Positions 61,494 to 64,000 of a stretch of 64,000 nt of DNA are shown piece by piece; positions within the stretch are counted from its first letter, which is position 1; each line of letters starts with the position of its first letter. The notes under the pieces were generated by a model that worked only from the letters and a program-made list of their open reading frames with translations, ran no database searches and was not told the DNA's origin. Made by a program: the position numbers and the translations under genes. Origin of the DNA: Squalus acanthias (lineage: Eukaryota); NCBI GenBank assembly GCA_030390025.1, contig CM059427.1, positions 20,956,001 to 21,020,000 of the forward strand. The letters are read 5' to 3'.

Positions 61494-62413
61494 AGCCTAC
61501 TATATTTCTGTGTCTACCAAGATGCACTGCTAGCAAAATCACTAATATACTACAATAGCAAATAACTGCGTTCCAATGTATTGCACTATGGAAATTGTTC
61601 AGAGGTAGCAATATACAGGACATTTGAACTTGATGAGAGTTTTGTTTTTGCAGTTTATGACATCCTCAGAACTCGCAATGTTTTGCTGCCTAATATCATA
61701 ATCCAGACTGTGTTAACGTAACACATAAAACACCCAAAATGTCTCCCAATTTCATATGTTGTAAAATTATGAAAACACACCACTGCACACAGATTTTTTT
61801 TGCTTGTGTAGGTGTAGTGGCTTACCACTCTTCTAGGACTTTCCTTTAGATTTAACCCACATTGCCAGGGTAACAGTTTCCACTTTCTGTTGCCCATAAA
61901 GGCGCACATGAAATAAATAGGAGTAGTTTCAAACCAGTTTCTTGTGGGCGCAGGTTCGTAACATAAAACAGTTTCTAAAATCAAATTGTTGAGCACAGGT
62001 TAACATTAAACTCACAAATGCAATTAGAGACCATAAGAATGCCTAATGTGGGAAACACAAGGAATTGGGAAGGCTCTTCTGAGTTTGAAGTTAAAACAGA
62101 AAAGATGAAATTCACTCTGTACCTGATCAGTATTAACTTGATGTTACCACTGGGTGATAAAAATGTTGCGTCAAACAATACTCACTTACCTCAAAAAGTC
62201 ACTTTGAAACCAGAAACATTATACACCATATTTTTTTTTATCCTATATTCCTAAGAAAGTTATTTTCAGTACCTGATAGATGAGTGCCACTCTTGAAAAC
62301 TTATTTATAAAGATGTGAATTTTGAAGATAAGTATGTGCAGAAGGACTGCTTCCACTTCATGTGGTAGTTATACTCAAGGAAAACATAACTGGAGAGGGA
62401 GTACTTTCAATAA

Positions 62414-62470
62414 ATAATAACTTGCTTTTATATAGCGCCTCTAACATAGTAAAAACATCCCAAGGTGCAG
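62414..62470 (-). mobile_element. L2-type 3' tail remnant
   Basis: aacttgcttttatatagcgcctctaacatagtaaaaacatcccaaggtgc matches 4695-4746. Confidence 0.6.
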
Positions 62471-63109
62471 TATTGACAAGCATCCTTCTATGGGTAATCT
62501 GTCCTAAATTTTTAAAACTAATAAATTGTCTTAATTTTTTACTGTTCATTGCCCATAGAAGTTTGGTCTTGTTACTGCTTTCTGGCAACCACTCCTGAAC
62601 AATCCTCAGTTTCAGGTTGGATGCAATACTTACCAAGTCCTCCCCCTTGAGAGCAGCAGTCTATGGTTGCTTCACCTCTGGTGGCTTGTACCCAAACAAC
62701 TTTGAATTCCATAGGCTTAATCAATACGATCCCTAATGACAACCCTGCCTCTTCATTATGTCAGGATCCTACCAGGGACTGCCCCTTTCAGGATGACAAG
62801 TTTCTTTTTGATAAGTTTGATACCTTGGGCACACCGAATAATACCATAGTGTTGTTCCTTCGGCAAATGTTTACCCCCTCATCTAATGCCCAGTAGTCTC
62901 TCTGGAAAATTAGGAGCACGTGCTCATTCCAGATATTTTACATTCCACCCACCAATGACTGGGCTCAAAACTCTTCAGCTGCAAATGATAGATTCAGTTT
63001 ACATTCGGATTCGCCTTTTGAAAATATGTTAGACAGGAACCTCAAATTTACCAAAGCTTTTAACTTTAAGATCACACAGAAGCTCAGTGTCACTCTACGA
63101 GAGGTTCCC

Positions 63110-63950
63110 AATATAGGTTCCACCAAAACCATTCAGCTCCAGACCTCATCACAGTCCTGAGCCTGACATGGACACTGGACATCAAGGCAGCATTCAATCA
63201 AGTATAGCACCAAAAAGCCCGAGCAAAACTGAAGCCAATCGGGGTCAATGCGAAAACGCACCAGTGGCTGGAGTCATACCTAACACAATGGAAGATGGTC
63301 ATGGTTGTTGGAAACCAATCATGGCAGCCCCAGGAGTTCCTCACAGCAGTGACCCTGGCCCAACCATCTTCTGCTACTTCATTAATAACCTTTTCTCCAT
63401 CAGGTGTTGGTGTGTTCGCCAATGAATTTCACAGTATTCAGCTCCATTCACAACTCCTCTGATAATGAAGCAGCCCAACCAGCTTGCAGCAGGACCTTAG
63501 CAACATCCAGGCTTGGGCTGATAAGTGGCAGATAACATCCACACCACATAAGTACCTGGCAATGACTATCTCCAACTGGAAAAAGTCAAGCTACCTCCAC
63601 CGAATCTTCAACTACACTACCATTGCCGAGTCTCAAAATCACCATCTTGGAGGTCAACAATGACCAGAAGCTTAATGGGTACAGCCATATCAACACCATG
63701 GGTATAAGAGCAGGGCAGATGCTGGGTACTCTGAGATGAGTTGTTCATCTCCTGACCCTTCAAAGTCTCCACCATCTACAAGGCTGAAGTCAGGAGTGGG
63801 ATGGATTAATCACCACTCGTCTGGATGGGTGCATCCATAACAACATTCAGGAAGCTTGACACCATCCAGGACAGAGCAGTTTGCTTGATCAGCTCCCCTG
63901 CCATTGTACTCAATATGCATCCCCATCACCACCAGCACACTGTGGGTGCC
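63110..63950 (+). mobile_element. Older degraded family B LINE RT region
   Basis: cagctccagacctcatcacag, gacatcaaggcagcattc, ggcccaaccatcttc and gacaccatccaggac are collinear with 11580-12450. Confidence 0.8.
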
Positions 63951-64000
63951 GCAAGGATCAGTGCTTGGGCCTGAGCTATTTACAATCTATATAAATGATT

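Noticed and set aside
61640-61720. Acceptor-like ttttgtttttgcag as the next PDE11A exon
   Set aside because: No frame resembles the expected continuation of GAF-A, and early stops occur.

Overview
Vertebrate genomic DNA, almost certainly from an elasmobranch (HE1-type V-SINE, shark-type CR1 tails). The only host coding sequence I can support is one 159-bp phase-0/0 exon (49344-49502, +) encoding part of the GAF-A domain of PDE11A. The rest appears to be intronic and is densely filled with transposable elements. These include two CR1-group LINE lineages (one copy with intact ORF1 and ORF2 at ~53290-57334), L2, L1 and Penelope remnants, and SINEs. DNA transposons comprise decayed two-gene PIF/Harbinger elements (DDE transposase plus intron-containing Myb/SANT gene), several Harbinger-type MITE families with 3-bp TSDs, and two hAT-type elements with 8-bp TSDs. 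The most notable signals are: a correctly phased U_UUA_AAC slippery site at the ORF1/ORF2 junction of two different CR1 subfamilies; three minimal hammerhead ribozyme motifs in Penelope terminal repeats; a ~2-kb inverted MITE pair; a minisatellite born inside a Harbinger gene; and two candidate recursive splice sites. Family names come from recognition of motifs, not database searches, and degraded-element boundaries are approximate.
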